Shown here in pieces: positions 39,169 through 50,493 of a stretch of 60,000 nt of DNA (the stretch's first letter is position 1; each line of letters starts with the position of its first letter). Below the pieces are notes generated by a model that had not been told where the DNA came from, ran no database searches, and saw only the letters and a list, made by a program, of their open reading frames with translations. Both the position numbers and the translations under genes were made by a program. Location: positions 33,978,001 to 34,038,000 of the forward strand of contig NC_087245.1 in the NCBI RefSeq assembly GCF_037042905.1, read 5' to 3'. This DNA is from Lytechinus pictus (Eukaryota).

Positions 39169-42100
39169 GATCTTCTTCTACTACTACTACTACGAGAACT
39201 ACTACTAATACTAGATCTACTTCTACTAGAACTACTACTGCTGCTGCTCCTTTTGGTGAGGAGCAGAGGGACGGAGGGAAATTATATTACTCTGTGACAA
39301 AGTTTCTTTTATTCATCGAATCGCTCTTGTCATTGATAAAACAATCTCTCTTTTTTCCAGATCGTTATGTATTGATTGGTAACCATCGTGATGCTTGGGG
39401 TTTTGGTGCCATTGATGCTGGTAGCGGTACAACTGCCATGCTTGAGATCAGCAGGGCCATGAGTGTACTGGTAGAACAAGGTAAATATATCACTGATCAG
39501 GGGAAGCACGGTATTTCAATAACAATAATAATATAATAATTAATAAAATGAATATTTAATTGAATAAGATAATAATAATAATATTATAATCATAATGATA
39601 ATGAATCATGATAAATAATACTTACAATTTTCATACTTATAAAAATAGTAATAATAGTGATGAAAATAATCATAATAATAATAATTATTATTATCATTAT
39701 TATCATTATCATTATTATTGTAATTGTTATTATTACATTATTATTTTTATTATTACCATTATTATTATTATTAGTAGTAGTAGTAGTAGTATCATTAGTA
39801 TTATTATATGAGGTGGTAGATGTAAACATCAATTTTTTTTCCACCCAGGGAAAAGAAAAAGCTAAACAACACATTACTATCTTTTGATGCCCTTCTCTCT
39901 TATTTCTTCCATTTCCTTCCTCTTTTCTTTTCCTCTTTTTTTTTCTTACTACTTGGAATGAAAAATCAAATAGTCCAGCAACCCCATGACCCCGATAGTA
40001 TCACCCCCGTATGTTTACGGATGAATGCAATACACAATCATCTTACACCCAATATTTTTTTTTAAGTAAACCAGTGTTAGCCATCAAAGTTCAGAGTCTA
40101 TTAGCTGGGTTTACTTTTATTGTCCTATATCACACTGGAGTAATATGAAGTCTAATTTCATATAAAATATGGAGAATGTCCTCCCTATTGTATATTTCAT
40201 GCAAAATGCCTTCCAGTATCGTATTCAATGCATACAAGTCGTTTCCACGAAACTTTTCGTTCATCTGTAGAGAAAGGGAGAATAAACTCGTTCTGAAAAT
40301 GAGATGGTACATAGTTTATTGTTGCTTTGTTGGTAGGCTGGAGACCTCGTCGTAGCATCATGTTCTGTAGCTGGGGTGCCGAAGAACAAGGCTTGATTGG
40401 GTCAACAGAATGGGTTGAGGTAAGTAAGTCTACATGATTCCATAACCAGTAAAGACACGATCGTGATTCGATGACGTCGCCAATTCAGACGTTGCTCTTC
40501 ATAAGATGATACTTAACATTTTATCAATATCAATCTTCTATAGGGTTACTTAGCCTTTATAGCCAATGCTCAATGCATTCTTACTCTCCTTTTTGTCCTA
40601 TTCAATGAAATATATTTCCCCGAATTTAACCGTCGTGGTGGTTCATGAACGGGGTGTTGTGGGGTCGATCCCTGGCCTACGATCTAGCTAGGTGTTGGGC
40701 ATGTGAGAAAGAAGACAGGTGATTATGACAAGTCAATGGTATGTTTAAGCAAGACCCGATGGAGAATTGCAATATACAGGAGTTCAATTTTAGTCATTAA
40801 TTCGACATTTTCGTTCTTAACTTTTTTCCCCTCAGAGTATGACAAGTCCATGGTATGTTTAAGCAAGACCCGATGGAAAATTGCAATATACAGGAGTGCA
40901 ATTTAATCATTAATTCGATATTTTCGTTCTTGACTTTTTCCCCTCAGGAATTCGCTAAGAATTTGGGAATAAGAGCTGTAGCTTATTTAAATCTTGATGT
41001 TGCCATGGATGGTGAGTAATTTTGTTTTTTAAATGCAAAATACTATTGTTTTATCGGGTGTTCAAATAGTATGGTGTCTTTTGGGGGGGCCTACATATTA
41101 ATCGCTCTCAAATAAATGAATTTATCATGTGTATTGTAAAAGATAAAACACTTTTTAGAAGAAGATATTAATGCATAAAGTACTTCTTGACAATTTCAAA
41201 CAAACTTACATTTAAAGCTTCCATTGACCCAGTTTTATTATTGCTTGATTGATAAGTCTAATTGAATCGTTATTAAGGTATTGTGTAAAATACAAAAAAT
41301 CATTCTTGGTTTATTTGTTGGAGGTTTATTGAGTTTTATTGAGCCGCAATGCTATTACCTATCCCTGACTAAGGGAAGCAGTTTGTTTTAATCTTTGATT
41401 TAAATATTTTCTTATTTCATATTGTCTTTTTAAGAAATATATTCCTACAAAACTTGACTTTACTTTAATACTTGTATTTCACATTGACACAATTAAATGT
41501 AACCATCATTCTCGTCATTTTGTAATGATTTTCTTTCCTAAACTTAGGTACGTATGTCCCTAATATAGCTTCCACACCGAATCTGAATAGACTGATTTAT
41601 GAAGCAACAAAGAAGGTAGGCACAAAACATATATCACGAATCAAACATCACGATCTTCAATGTAGTACTAGCTTAATTAATTTGTTCATTATCTTTACCT
41701 TTGTTTCAAACTTCGTTTTTCGAGCCATATATCATTTGACCGATTTTCAATGCAAAGGTACTTTTTTGTCTTGAATGATTCATGTCTTAACAAAGAAAAC
41801 CAATTATATGTTAGGAAAACTGTAGTGGATTTTCCTTCAAGACAGGCATATTTGTGAACATACAAACACATTATATTTTCCTGTCTTTAAATGGCTCTTT
41901 GTTCGGTTTTATATGATAAAGTAAACTATTTTCATGATTATTCTAAAACTTTTATCATGGTTATGATTGATTTAAGTGTCAAATGAGCTGACAAATGAAA
42001 CTTTACTGTTCACAATTCGCTATCCATAATGGCACCACGTCTTTGGACTAGAGTTTGAATTAAAACCGAGTATTAAAGAACACAGTCTGATCATACGCAG

Positions 42101-45100
42101 TGTTCTCAAAAGGTAGTTTCGGTAGAATTGTGTTGTGTAACTGTTTTGGGTCTATTGCATGAGTAAAGCTGTCTTAAACATTATTGAAGTCAACGTTATT
42201 ACTATCTTTATTGCATGTTTGTTTTCGTTTCTTTTGTTTTAAGATCCCTGCTCCCGGCGATGACACAAACACGATGTATGATCTGTGGAAAGAACGTGGG
42301 GAAAGTGGCACCGATGGGGAACCAAGGTGAGTTAAGAACAAGAATCAACTGGTACAAATGGCGAAACAAGTTGAGTTAAGAACTTGGGCCAACTGGCACC
42401 AATGGATTAGAACAAGGGTCAACTGGAACGGATGGCGAACCAAGGTGAGTTGGAACATGGATCAACTGGTACGATGACGAACCGAGGTGGATCAACTGGT
42501 ACGAATGGCAAACTAAGTTGAGTTAAGAACGTGTGTCAACTGGTACGAATGATAAACCAAGGTAAGTTAAAAACACGTGTCTACTGGTACACGTGGCGAA
42601 ACAGTGTGGGTTAAAAACGTGTGTCAACTGGTAAGAATGGCGAACCAAGGTGAGTTAAGAACCTGGGTCAACTTGTACGCATGGCAAACCAAGGTAAGTT
42701 AAGAAAATGTGTCAACAAGTACGGATGGCGAATCAAGGTGGTTTAAGAACGTGTGTCCACTGATTCGGAGGCGAACCAAGTTGAGTTGGAGCATGGGTCA
42801 AATGGTACAGATGGCGAAAAACAATGCGAGTTATGAACTTGGGTTAACTGGTACGGTGACGATTTAAGAACGGAGTCAATCGCTCTGCATGGCGAACCAA
42901 GGTAGTTTAAGAACGAGAGTCAACTGGTACGGATGGCAAACCAAGTTTAGTTAAGAATATTTGTCAACTGGCTTGGATGGCGAACCAAGGTGAGTTACGA
43001 ACTTGGGTCAGATTGAGAGGATGGCGACCCAAGGTGAGTGAAGAACTTGGGTCAACTGGTAAGAATGACGAATCAGGGCGAGTTTAGAACATGGGTCAAC
43101 TGGTAAGGATGGTGGACTAAGGGAAATTAAGAACATGGGTCAAAAGATACGGATGGCGAACCGAGGGGAATCGATGGTCAACTGATACGGATGATGAACC
43201 AAGTTGAGTTGAAACATTGGTCAACTGGTACAGATGGCGAACCAAGGTGAATTAAGAACGAGGGTCAACTGGTATAGGTGGCGAAACAAGGTGAGTTAAG
43301 AACTTGGGTCAACTAGAAAAGATGACGAACCAAGGTGTGTCAACTGGTACGAATGGTGAACCAAGGTGAATTAAGTACGAGTGTCAACTGATTCGGATGA
43401 CGAATCAAAGTCAGTTAAGAACGAGGATCCACTGGTACGAATAGCGAACCAAGTTGAGTTGGAACATTGGTCAACTGGTACAGATGGCGAACCAAGGTGA
43501 ATTAAGTACGAGGGTCAACGGGTATAGGTAGCGAAACAAGGTGAGTTAAGATCTTGGGTCAACTAGAAACGATGACGAACCAAGGTGGGTCAACTGGTAC
43601 GAATGGTGAACCAAGGTGAGTCAAGAACATTGGTTAACTGGTACGATGACGAACCTATATGAGTGAAGAACATGGGTCAACTGGTACGGATGGCGAACCA
43701 AGGTGAGTGAAGAACATGGGTCAACGGTAATGATGGCTAACCAAGCTGAATTAACCCATCTCCAAGATAAACAAATTAAACACATGGTTGAATTTATTAA
43801 TTTACATTGGACACGTGACAAAGTTATCCTCCAAGATTAAGATTTCATCTGTAAGTGGTACCATCTGAATTTTAATTATGTTACCGCCATGGTCATTGAG
43901 TTGATACGACACTGTTAACGTATTTATGAAAGAAACATGAGAATCGACGATAGAGTGTATTGATGTGTGTGAGCTAGATGAGGTTTTTGTTTATGGATGA
44001 GATAGAAAGAGACAATTTTTGGAAAATTGGAAGAAGATGTGAGAGAAAGAAACAGAATGAGAAAGTGATCAATTTGTGATGTTTTCCAAAATAATGTGTG
44101 TATAAATGAGGTACGAGTTCATGCTGCGATGTTAAGTGTTGCTGTACGAAATAATAATCAAGAGGATAAACTGTGGAAGAGATCTATATTACCAGTTCTC
44201 CTACATCTCTCTAGACTATATGAATGCAATTGACGCTTTTTCATCAATTATGATGGCAACATCAGATCTTTTAGATTAAAAAAATGTTCTGAAGATCATT
44301 CTGCAATCTCAGAAGCAACATCAATTGTGCCAGTTAATCCTGAGAATAAGTTTGAAAACTGTTTCTCATCTATTTTATTAGTATTGGTACTCTTGGATCT
44401 GGCTCTGATTATGCACCGTTCTTACAGATAGCTGGAATATCGGCAATGGACTTCACGTACACATACAATAGGGTGAGTATACATTCCTTGAGAGATATCA
44501 GTTAACCGATTTTTTTACTACCAGGCGGGCGTCTCATAAAGCTGGTCGTAAGTTAAGAGCGATCTTAAGAACTGGTGATCATTTCTTGTGGTAAATGATA
44601 TTCACCATTAAATGTTTATTGGAGATTATTTAGCTCGGAAGAAAGGATCACCAGTTGTTCATTAAAGTCGCTCTTAATTTACGAACAGCTTTATGAAATA
44701 ATTAGAAGCGTTTATGGTTAGTCTTCTCTTTTCAGGTTATGATGAAAGGTTTGAAATCCAAAATATGATCATGCTTTTGATTTGCTGATAAGTAACTAGC
44801 TTCACCAAGTTATTTTTTTATTTGATTATTATTGTTAGGCCCTATTCAGCAATCGTCCGTGTAAAAGGGTAAATGACCGATTACCATCATGGCCCTGTTT
44901 CATAAAGACTTGTTATAATAACAAATACACAATTTCTATAACAAGTTTACTATCAACCAGTCAAATCGAATAATTTCAGTAGCTTTAAACTGTTTTATGG
45001 TATCTGTCGATGCCACCAATCATATCCTTGTTTCGGATTGCAGGAAGCAACACCCGTGGCATCTTATCCCTGCTATCACTCCGTCTATGAGACCTTCGAA

Positions 45101-48100
45101 CTCGTCGACAAGTACTACGACTCGCAGTTCAGGTACATCCTGGCGGCTGGTCGTCTCTACGGCGAGGTGATGAGACAACTTGCAGATAATGTCATTCTTC
45201 CTATGGATCCGTTAGATTACGCCGTGACGGTGGCTGGATACTGGAACAGCCTCCAAACAGGATACATCGGTATACAGATGGACGCAAACGGCATAGACTT
45301 CAGTGAGTTATTTGATTATTATACAAATGCTTTGAATTTAATAGTAAACTTCGTTCACTTAACATGAATATTGTGTTATACAATTGCGGGCGCGTCGTGG
45401 CCTAGTGGTTCTGACTCTCGCCTTTCAAACAGAGGGTCGTGGGTTCGAATCCTAACCATTGCGTGTTTTCCTTCAGCAAGAAATTTATCCGCACTGTGCT
45501 GCACTCGACTCAGGTGAGGTGAATGGGTACCCGGCAGGATTAATTCCTTGCATGCACTGAGCGCCGGTGATGGTAGCTTGAGCTAAAGCCGGGGTAATAA
45601 TAGCAGCGCTTTGTATCCTCGGGTAAAAGGCGCTTTATAAATATAGCTATTATTATTACAATGATACAATGGTAACATAAGAAATAATCATTATTACAGT
45701 AACAGCTGTGTGAAAGCTGATAGTGGAGAATTTTAACTAAAAGTTTGCAAGATGTTGAATTGTCTGGTACAATAATTAATGTATGGCTATTGTTCAGGTA
45801 ACGCGACATTTACTCCTTCACAATATGCCTCTTCATTAATTTCTCCAAAATTATTAAGTAAGCTTTAGGGCTGTACTAATGCTCTTGATCAAAATTATAT
45901 ATTAGGATCAATTCAATTCAATTCAAAATGGTTCATTTAAATAAAAAATCAATCGCAGCTAGGGATAGCTTTGAAGCTAAGGCTTGCGTTGTGTGGATTT
46001 TCGATATATATATATATATATATCTTGGGGGGGGGGGTTGAGATATTATAGCGGGATCATAGAATACTTTTCCAGCCTACTGCAAAACATGATTTGTTAA
46101 AGAAATCAATGTGTTGGTGAATTCATAGAATCATGAGAATATTGTCCGGTACAGTTTAATAATAATAGTGATAAAAACTGAATTAATGTAGTGCCTTTTC
46201 CAGGGGATTAAAAGCGCAAATAATATTTTACCCGTGCTTTGATTGGCTTGAGGTGCCGCTTCTAGCGTTCAGAGTACTCATTTAATTACAGAGTTTTCGC
46301 AACTGCAACGGAGACGGAATTAAGAACACAGTATGTATTGAAAATGCCCGTCAAATGACAGCTGGGAGGTCTTTGTCGACAATTGGGGATCTGGAACGTC
46401 CATTTTGTTCTACGTATCGTTTGTCCAGAATCCAGAACGAAGATTTTACCAGTTTTCGAAAAAGACTTCTTGGTTGTCCTTTGTCATAAAGGACATTTGA
46501 CATTACATTTTCTATGTTCTTGAATCCCTCATTCGTCGTGGAGCGTTGTGGCCCAGTGGATTAGTCTCCGGACATTGACACAGAGGGTCGTGGGTTCAAA
46601 TCCCAGCCATGGCGTAGTTTCCTTCAGCAAGAAATTAATCTACATTGTGCTGCACTCAACCCAGGTGAGGTGAATGGGTACCTGGCAGGAATTTATTCCT
46701 TGAAACGCCGAGCGCGTAAAAGCTGCTTGATCATGAGCTACAGCCAGGGTAATAATATCCAAGTCCTTTGGAAGCGCATAGAGACGTTATTTATAATGTA
46801 TTTTGCGCTATACAACTGACTATTATTATTGTTATTGATAATAACAAAAAATAAAACGAAAATTTCCTATTGAAATATGCAGAATAGCCATTCCCTTCAC
46901 CTAGATTCTGATTGAGTGCAGCAAAATATTGACATTTTTCTTGCTGAAGAACGGCGTGGTTGGTATTCAATCCCACGACCCTCTATGTGAGAAACGGGGT
47001 CTAGAACGACGGCGAGTACAGACTGATTTTCAACTCCTAACATGTAATTCTTAACCAATTTTTCGTTCGGTCGAACATACCAACAAATTTGTCTTTTTAT
47101 CTTTTAATTCTTCTGGTTGTTCAGATAATTTTGTTGAGGAGTATTTGACCTTGACCTGTATCTCATTATGTAGCTCTCGATGCTTCATCAGTGATTCAGG
47201 AGTTTATATCTTCGACATTTTTGCGGGAGCAAACTATATAGACAAAATTATACCAATCATTTATGCTGTTATGAAATAAGAATTATGTATCTTGCTCTTT
47301 TATTGATTTATTACCTATTACTATGATAATAATACTTATTATTACTAGTATTACTATTAACGTTATTATAGTTATTATAATTATTATTATTATTTATATT
47401 ATTATTATTTATAGTTACAGTTACTAATATTATTATCATCATTATTATTTCACCTTCTCTCTCTCTCTGATTAGCCTATATGCTTTCGGCAGTGGGCAAC
47501 TTTACCTCAGCCGCAACAGATTTCAACGCTCAGCTCGAGAATATCAACAAAGATGAGTAAGTAGACTTTACCTACGCTGTCTAGTGCGCGGCCCCTGGTC
47601 TAGTGTCATGGCTATACAATTTTTTTTCTTCAGATTTAGGAGACAATGCCGACAAAGACTTAAAGCACGAATCCGGTAAATTAATAATGTTAGATTCACA
47701 CAAGAAGGGACTTGGGGTAATTTTAACAATGATTTTTTTTTTAATTCCCTTTTAATTTGCTGCAGATATTTTGAGTTTTACTTGAAATTTCGAATTAATT
47801 TTTGCATCATTGGATAGCCTACGATGTCCTCTCTCAATATTTGAAAGAAAGAAAGAAAGAAAAAGAAAGAAATCGTAAAAAAAATTCCCCAAGTCCCTAC
47901 TTGAGGGAAGCCGACGATGTTATAGGGCCCAAGATCAATGAGCGTCGGATAGAAATTAACAGGGAGTTTTTATTCCATCATCACCCTGTGATGGGGAGAC
48001 TATATAACAGTGTTAGTGTAATGCTGGAGAATCCTTTGGATAGAACCTTGTAAATGACCCGAACTGCAGTTCAAATTGAACTGGAAACTAAATTGAGAGT

Positions 48101-49641
48101 CATTCATGCATGTTGAATCATTGGATATGTTCAGTCTACGCTTGCCAAATGTTTGACGTATGTGTTGAATGCCCAGCCAGTAAAGAAAAATATCGTGTTT
48201 AGATTAATTTACAGGGTATCTAATTCTGATACTTGTATTGTTAAGCCCCCATCACAGTTATTCCGAATCAAGTAGAATTGGCCGGAATGAAAGGACTGTT
48301 GTTCGACCACCAGTTGGTCATTTAAATCTACTTCGAACACCGTTCGAAAATACCCCTCGAATATTTTGTACATGACCAAAACCTTCGGGACGGCCAAAAG
48401 AAATGACAAAAATATTTCGAATGCAGTCAGAATATTTAGAATGCGCCTAGAATGTCCAAGAATGTAGCACGAATTATAAATCTGACTCCATTGCGGTTCA
48501 TTTTGACTAGTGTATGATGATTCACCTGGTCAATTTACTGAATTTCAACTCCAGTTTGGTGAATTCATAAGTTCTTCCCAAAAATTTCTAGTTTTTTTAT
48601 ATATTTTTTTCGTTCCAGCTTCTGCTTGATTCCTGCTGATTCCGAATAAGTGAATCCAATGTGTATTAGATTGCTACTATTATGCTTATCCAATGCATTA
48701 TAGTATTAGCGTCAGTCAAATCGGTCACTCATCACCTTGTCACTCATCAATTGTTCTCTTTTACTTTTTCTTACTAGTCTTTTAGCTGTACGTCGAGTGA
48801 ATGATCAGCTGATGTACCTTGAGAGAGCCTTTATTGATCCTATGGGTCTAACCGGAAGACCAACAACTAAGTAAGTCACAGTGATTCTTATTTATCCAGT
48901 GTGGGTAAATAACCTCTTCAACACATTGATTTTCAAGCGGATCCTGCATAAACATAATAGTATCATTACCCTTTTCCATTCTAGAAAAGTCGAGCGCCTG
49001 ACAAGAAGTCAGGTCACACTTTTCAAGTATTTGGTACAAAATAATAGACAATTGTTTCCGGGATATTGCATTGTTCACATTTTTATAGTGATTCTTTAAA
49101 ATAAATATACTTCATCTGGATCTGAATTTAAGCCAATATAACAGGATCTTAGTCTAAACAGAATATCCTCACTGTCTCTATTTAGTGAACAGGGAATTCT
49201 GTAGAAATTTGGAAGCATTTTTAAGAACATGGATATCCCAGTTTTCCTCCCTCGAAATAAAAGACGGATAAAGGGAGATGACGAATTTCCATCGTACACT
49301 TTGGGGAGAAATTGATTATGAATATAATTCGCGCGCATATGGAATGGATGAAAAAACAAAAGTTTCGAGAAAAAAAACGTTTTTATCAACGAAAAATAAT
49401 ATTTTAACACATGTCACTGTTTCTCTGTATTTCCAGACATGTTGTATTTGCACCCAGTAGTGCCAACGCTTACGCAGGCGAAAAATTCGCCAGCATTGTC
49501 GATGCCATGTACAACATCCAAGATCTCCCCGCCGATCAGGAGCAATGGGAACTCGTCAAAAAAGAACTCTCAATCGTCACGTACTTAGTGCAGTCAGCGG
49601 CCGACTCTTTGAAACCGGTTGCGTTTCAGCCCCAGTATTAA
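24812..49641 (+). CDS. NAALAD-like: M28B zinc metallopeptidase (glutamate carboxypeptidase II / N-acetylated-alpha-linked acidic dipeptidase family), type II membrane protein, 18 coding exons, 743 aa (gene A)
   Basis: Exons joined by hand at GT-AG with compatible phases: 24812-25014, 29149-29308, 29960-30094, 31201-31329, 32812-32992, 35884-35977, 37145-37240, 37910-37995, 39361-39480, 40337-40419, 40948-41011, 41548-41615, 42244-42326, 44382-44472, 45044-45302, 47475-47556, 48778-48870, 49437-49641 (2232 nt including TAA). Motifs: N-terminal signal anchor, PHVAGT, PA domain ([32 protein letters not shown]), [31 protein letters not shown], TfR-like dimerisation domain ([18 protein letters not shown]). 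Exact orthology (FOLH1/NAALAD2/NAALADL1) is not resolved. Confidence 0.95.
25287..26272. mobile_element. Non-autonomous Tc1/mariner element in intron 1 of gene A
   Basis: TA|CAGTGCG...AAAAAATGTCCCTC and GAGGGACATTTTTT...CGCGCTG|TA; further imperfect inverted arms. Confidence 0.6.
26440..27035. repeat. (GAT)n microsatellite
   Basis: Direct reading; source of the poly-D, poly-M and poly-H ORFs. Confidence 0.95.
27515..27770 (+). mobile_element. tRNA-derived SINE (degraded copy)
   Basis: GGGGCGTCGTGGTCTAGTGG, GGGTTCGAAT, CTCAACCCAGGTGAGGTGAATGGGTACC. Confidence 0.8.
28715..28990 (+). mobile_element. tRNA-derived SINE (young copy)
   Basis: A and B boxes, core and (TAT)n tail; nearly identical to 45388-45659. 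Confidence 0.9.
29149..29308 (+). CDS. Gene A exon 2
   Basis: catag|[19 protein letters not shown]...[26 protein letters not shown]. Confidence 0.93.
29960..30094 (+). CDS. Gene A exon 3
   Basis: acag|[20 protein letters not shown]...[22 protein letters not shown]. Confidence 0.92.
30110..30375. repeat. (GAT/GGT)n microsatellite
   Basis: Direct reading. Confidence 0.9.
31201..31329 (+). CDS. Gene A exon 4 (PA domain)
   Basis: tttag|[20 protein letters not shown]...[25 protein letters not shown]. Confidence 0.95.
31347..31588. mobile_element. Near-perfect palindromic CACTG-type MITE, TA-flanked
   Basis: About 85-bp inverted arms (ACTCCGGTGTTCATTTAACACCAGC.CGGAATCTATATATGTCCACACCAGAGA). Confidence 0.85.
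32812..32992 (+). CDS. Gene A exon 5 (PA domain)
   Basis: ccag|[25 protein letters not shown]...[27 protein letters not shown]. Confidence 0.95.
33225..35440. repeat. 52-bp intronic minisatellite, about 40 units, decaying toward the 3' end
   Basis: Unit GTGATATATGATTCTCATAGGTTTGGTAGAGGCAGTCATGTGGTGTGGGTGT. Confidence 0.95.
35442..35753. mobile_element. Harbinger-like MITE (same family as 23475-23778)
   Basis: Same TIRs and body. Confidence 0.8.
35884..35977 (+). CDS. Gene A exon 6
   Basis: acag|[40 protein letters not shown]. Confidence 0.94.
37145..37240 (+). CDS. Gene A exon 7
   Basis: ttcag|[40 protein letters not shown]. Confidence 0.93.
37910..37995 (+). CDS. Gene A exon 8
   Basis: tgtag|[36 protein letters not shown]. 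Confidence 0.93.
38858..39245. repeat. (CTA)n microsatellite
   Basis: Direct reading. Confidence 0.95.
39361..39480 (+). CDS. Gene A exon 9 (zinc ligands His and Asp)
   Basis: ttccag|[43 protein letters not shown]. Confidence 0.96.
39520..39810. repeat. (TAA)n/(TTA)n low-complexity tract
   Basis: Direct reading. Confidence 0.9.
40337..40419 (+). CDS. Gene A exon 10 (catalytic Glu-Glu)
   Basis: ggtag|[38 protein letters not shown]. Confidence 0.96.
40721..40947 (+). repeat. About 112-bp tandem duplication that includes the acceptor of exon 11
   Basis: Both copies end TTTTCGTTCTT.ACTTTTT(T)CCCCTCAG (40835 and 40947). Confidence 0.9.
40948..41011 (+). CDS. Gene A exon 11 (zinc ligand Asp)
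   Basis: ctcag|[31 protein letters not shown]. Confidence 0.95.
41548..41615 (+). CDS. Gene A exon 12
   Basis: cttag|[33 protein letters not shown]. Confidence 0.93.
42244..42326 (+). CDS. Gene A exon 13
   Basis: ttaag|[38 protein letters not shown]. Confidence 0.92.
42290..43754 (+). repeat. 44-bp minisatellite derived from the 3' end of exon 13 plus its donor site, about 30+ units
   Basis: Consensus AAGAAC.TGGGTCAACTGGTACGGATGGCGAACCAAG|GTGAGTT; the first unit (42290-42333) is the exon end itself. Confidence 0.93.
44382..44472 (+). CDS. Gene A exon 14
   Basis: attag|[40 protein letters not shown]. Confidence 0.95.
45044..45302 (+). CDS. Gene A exon 15 (zinc ligand His)
   Basis: tgcag|[29 protein letters not shown]...DANGIDF; A|GTGAGT. 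Confidence 0.96.
45388..45659 (+). mobile_element. tRNA-derived SINE (young copy)
   Basis: Nearly identical to 28715-28990. Confidence 0.9.
46538..46840 (+). mobile_element. tRNA-derived SINE, followed by an inverted fragment (about 46880-47010)
   Basis: GTGGAGCGTTGTGGCCCAGTGG, GGGTTCAAATCCC, core and (TAT)n tail. Confidence 0.85.
47475..47556 (+). CDS. Gene A exon 16
   Basis: attag|[36 protein letters not shown]. Confidence 0.93.
48778..48870 (+). CDS. Gene A exon 17
   Basis: actag|[39 protein letters not shown]. Confidence 0.95.
49437..49641 (+). CDS. Gene A exon 18 (terminal)
   Basis: tccag|[25 protein letters not shown]...[10 protein letters not shown]. Confidence 0.95.
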
Positions 49642-50220
49642 AGAGGCCAACTCGTTAAATTTAATACTTTCACAGTGTCATGCAAACGAAATATTTATCA
49701 GAACACATTTTGCTACCATTTAGTCCTTTAGGTCGGCGACCAATTCGCTCTTTGTTGCTAAAAAGATATTACTCAAATTGGGAAAATAAATCTGAAAGGT
49801 CGTCATCGCTGCATTATTGGGTAGCTTTCCTTTTTTTTTTTTTACTTCAAATGAGAAGACTAACTTGGAAAACCATGAAAAAAAAATCGGCGCATGTCTG
49901 AATGTAAACCATATTGGACTTTGATGCATCCATTCGGATGAGAGATGAGTGGATTGACACTGGGTTTGGGATTGGGAGTTAGGGTTCCTCTGTTAGCTTT
50001 GGGAAATAGACCTTCCTAACATCAAAGTCCAATCAGGTGCCGTTTCGTAAAGCTTTTCGTAAGATAAGAGCAACTTAAAAAAAAGACTGGTGATCCTTTT
50101 TCATGTGGTAAATGATATTCACCACAAAATGTTCATTGGTAATTATCTCGTAGAAAGGGTTTCCAGTCGTTCTTTAAGTCACTCTTATTTTATGAACATC
50201 TTTGTGAAACACCCACCTAT

Positions 50221-50493
50221 GCCCCGTCCTACAAAGAGTTGCGATTGATCCGATCAATCGCAACTATGGAAAGCCAGCAAAGTCGACATATGAAATGCAT
50301 GTTTGTTCAAAAGATTTTCTAGATATGAATGTATATCCATGAATTCATTGATTTTTTGACAAATTGGTGTGTTTTCCTTTGTTTACAAAGGAAATTGTGC
50401 AAATTTCCTGTAGAAAAAATTATGACACTGATTGATTTCCAAAGAGTTACGATTGATTGGATCAATCGTAACTCTTTGTATAAAGACGGGGCC
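50221..50493. mobile_element. Harbinger-like MITE (two related partial copies at about 53095-53590)
   Basis: GCCCCGTC.TACAAAGAGTTGCGATTGATCC ... GGATCAATCGTAACTCTTTGTA...GACGGGGC. Confidence 0.75.

Noticed and set aside
38727..39887. Poly-L, poly-Y, poly-S and poly-I ORFs
   Set aside because: (CTA)n and (TTA)n microsatellites flanking exon 9.
42334..43754. 44-bp array as a CRISPR array or a set of alternative coding exons
   Set aside because: No spacers; units lack acceptors; the period is not a multiple of 3 and a stop follows the first donor.
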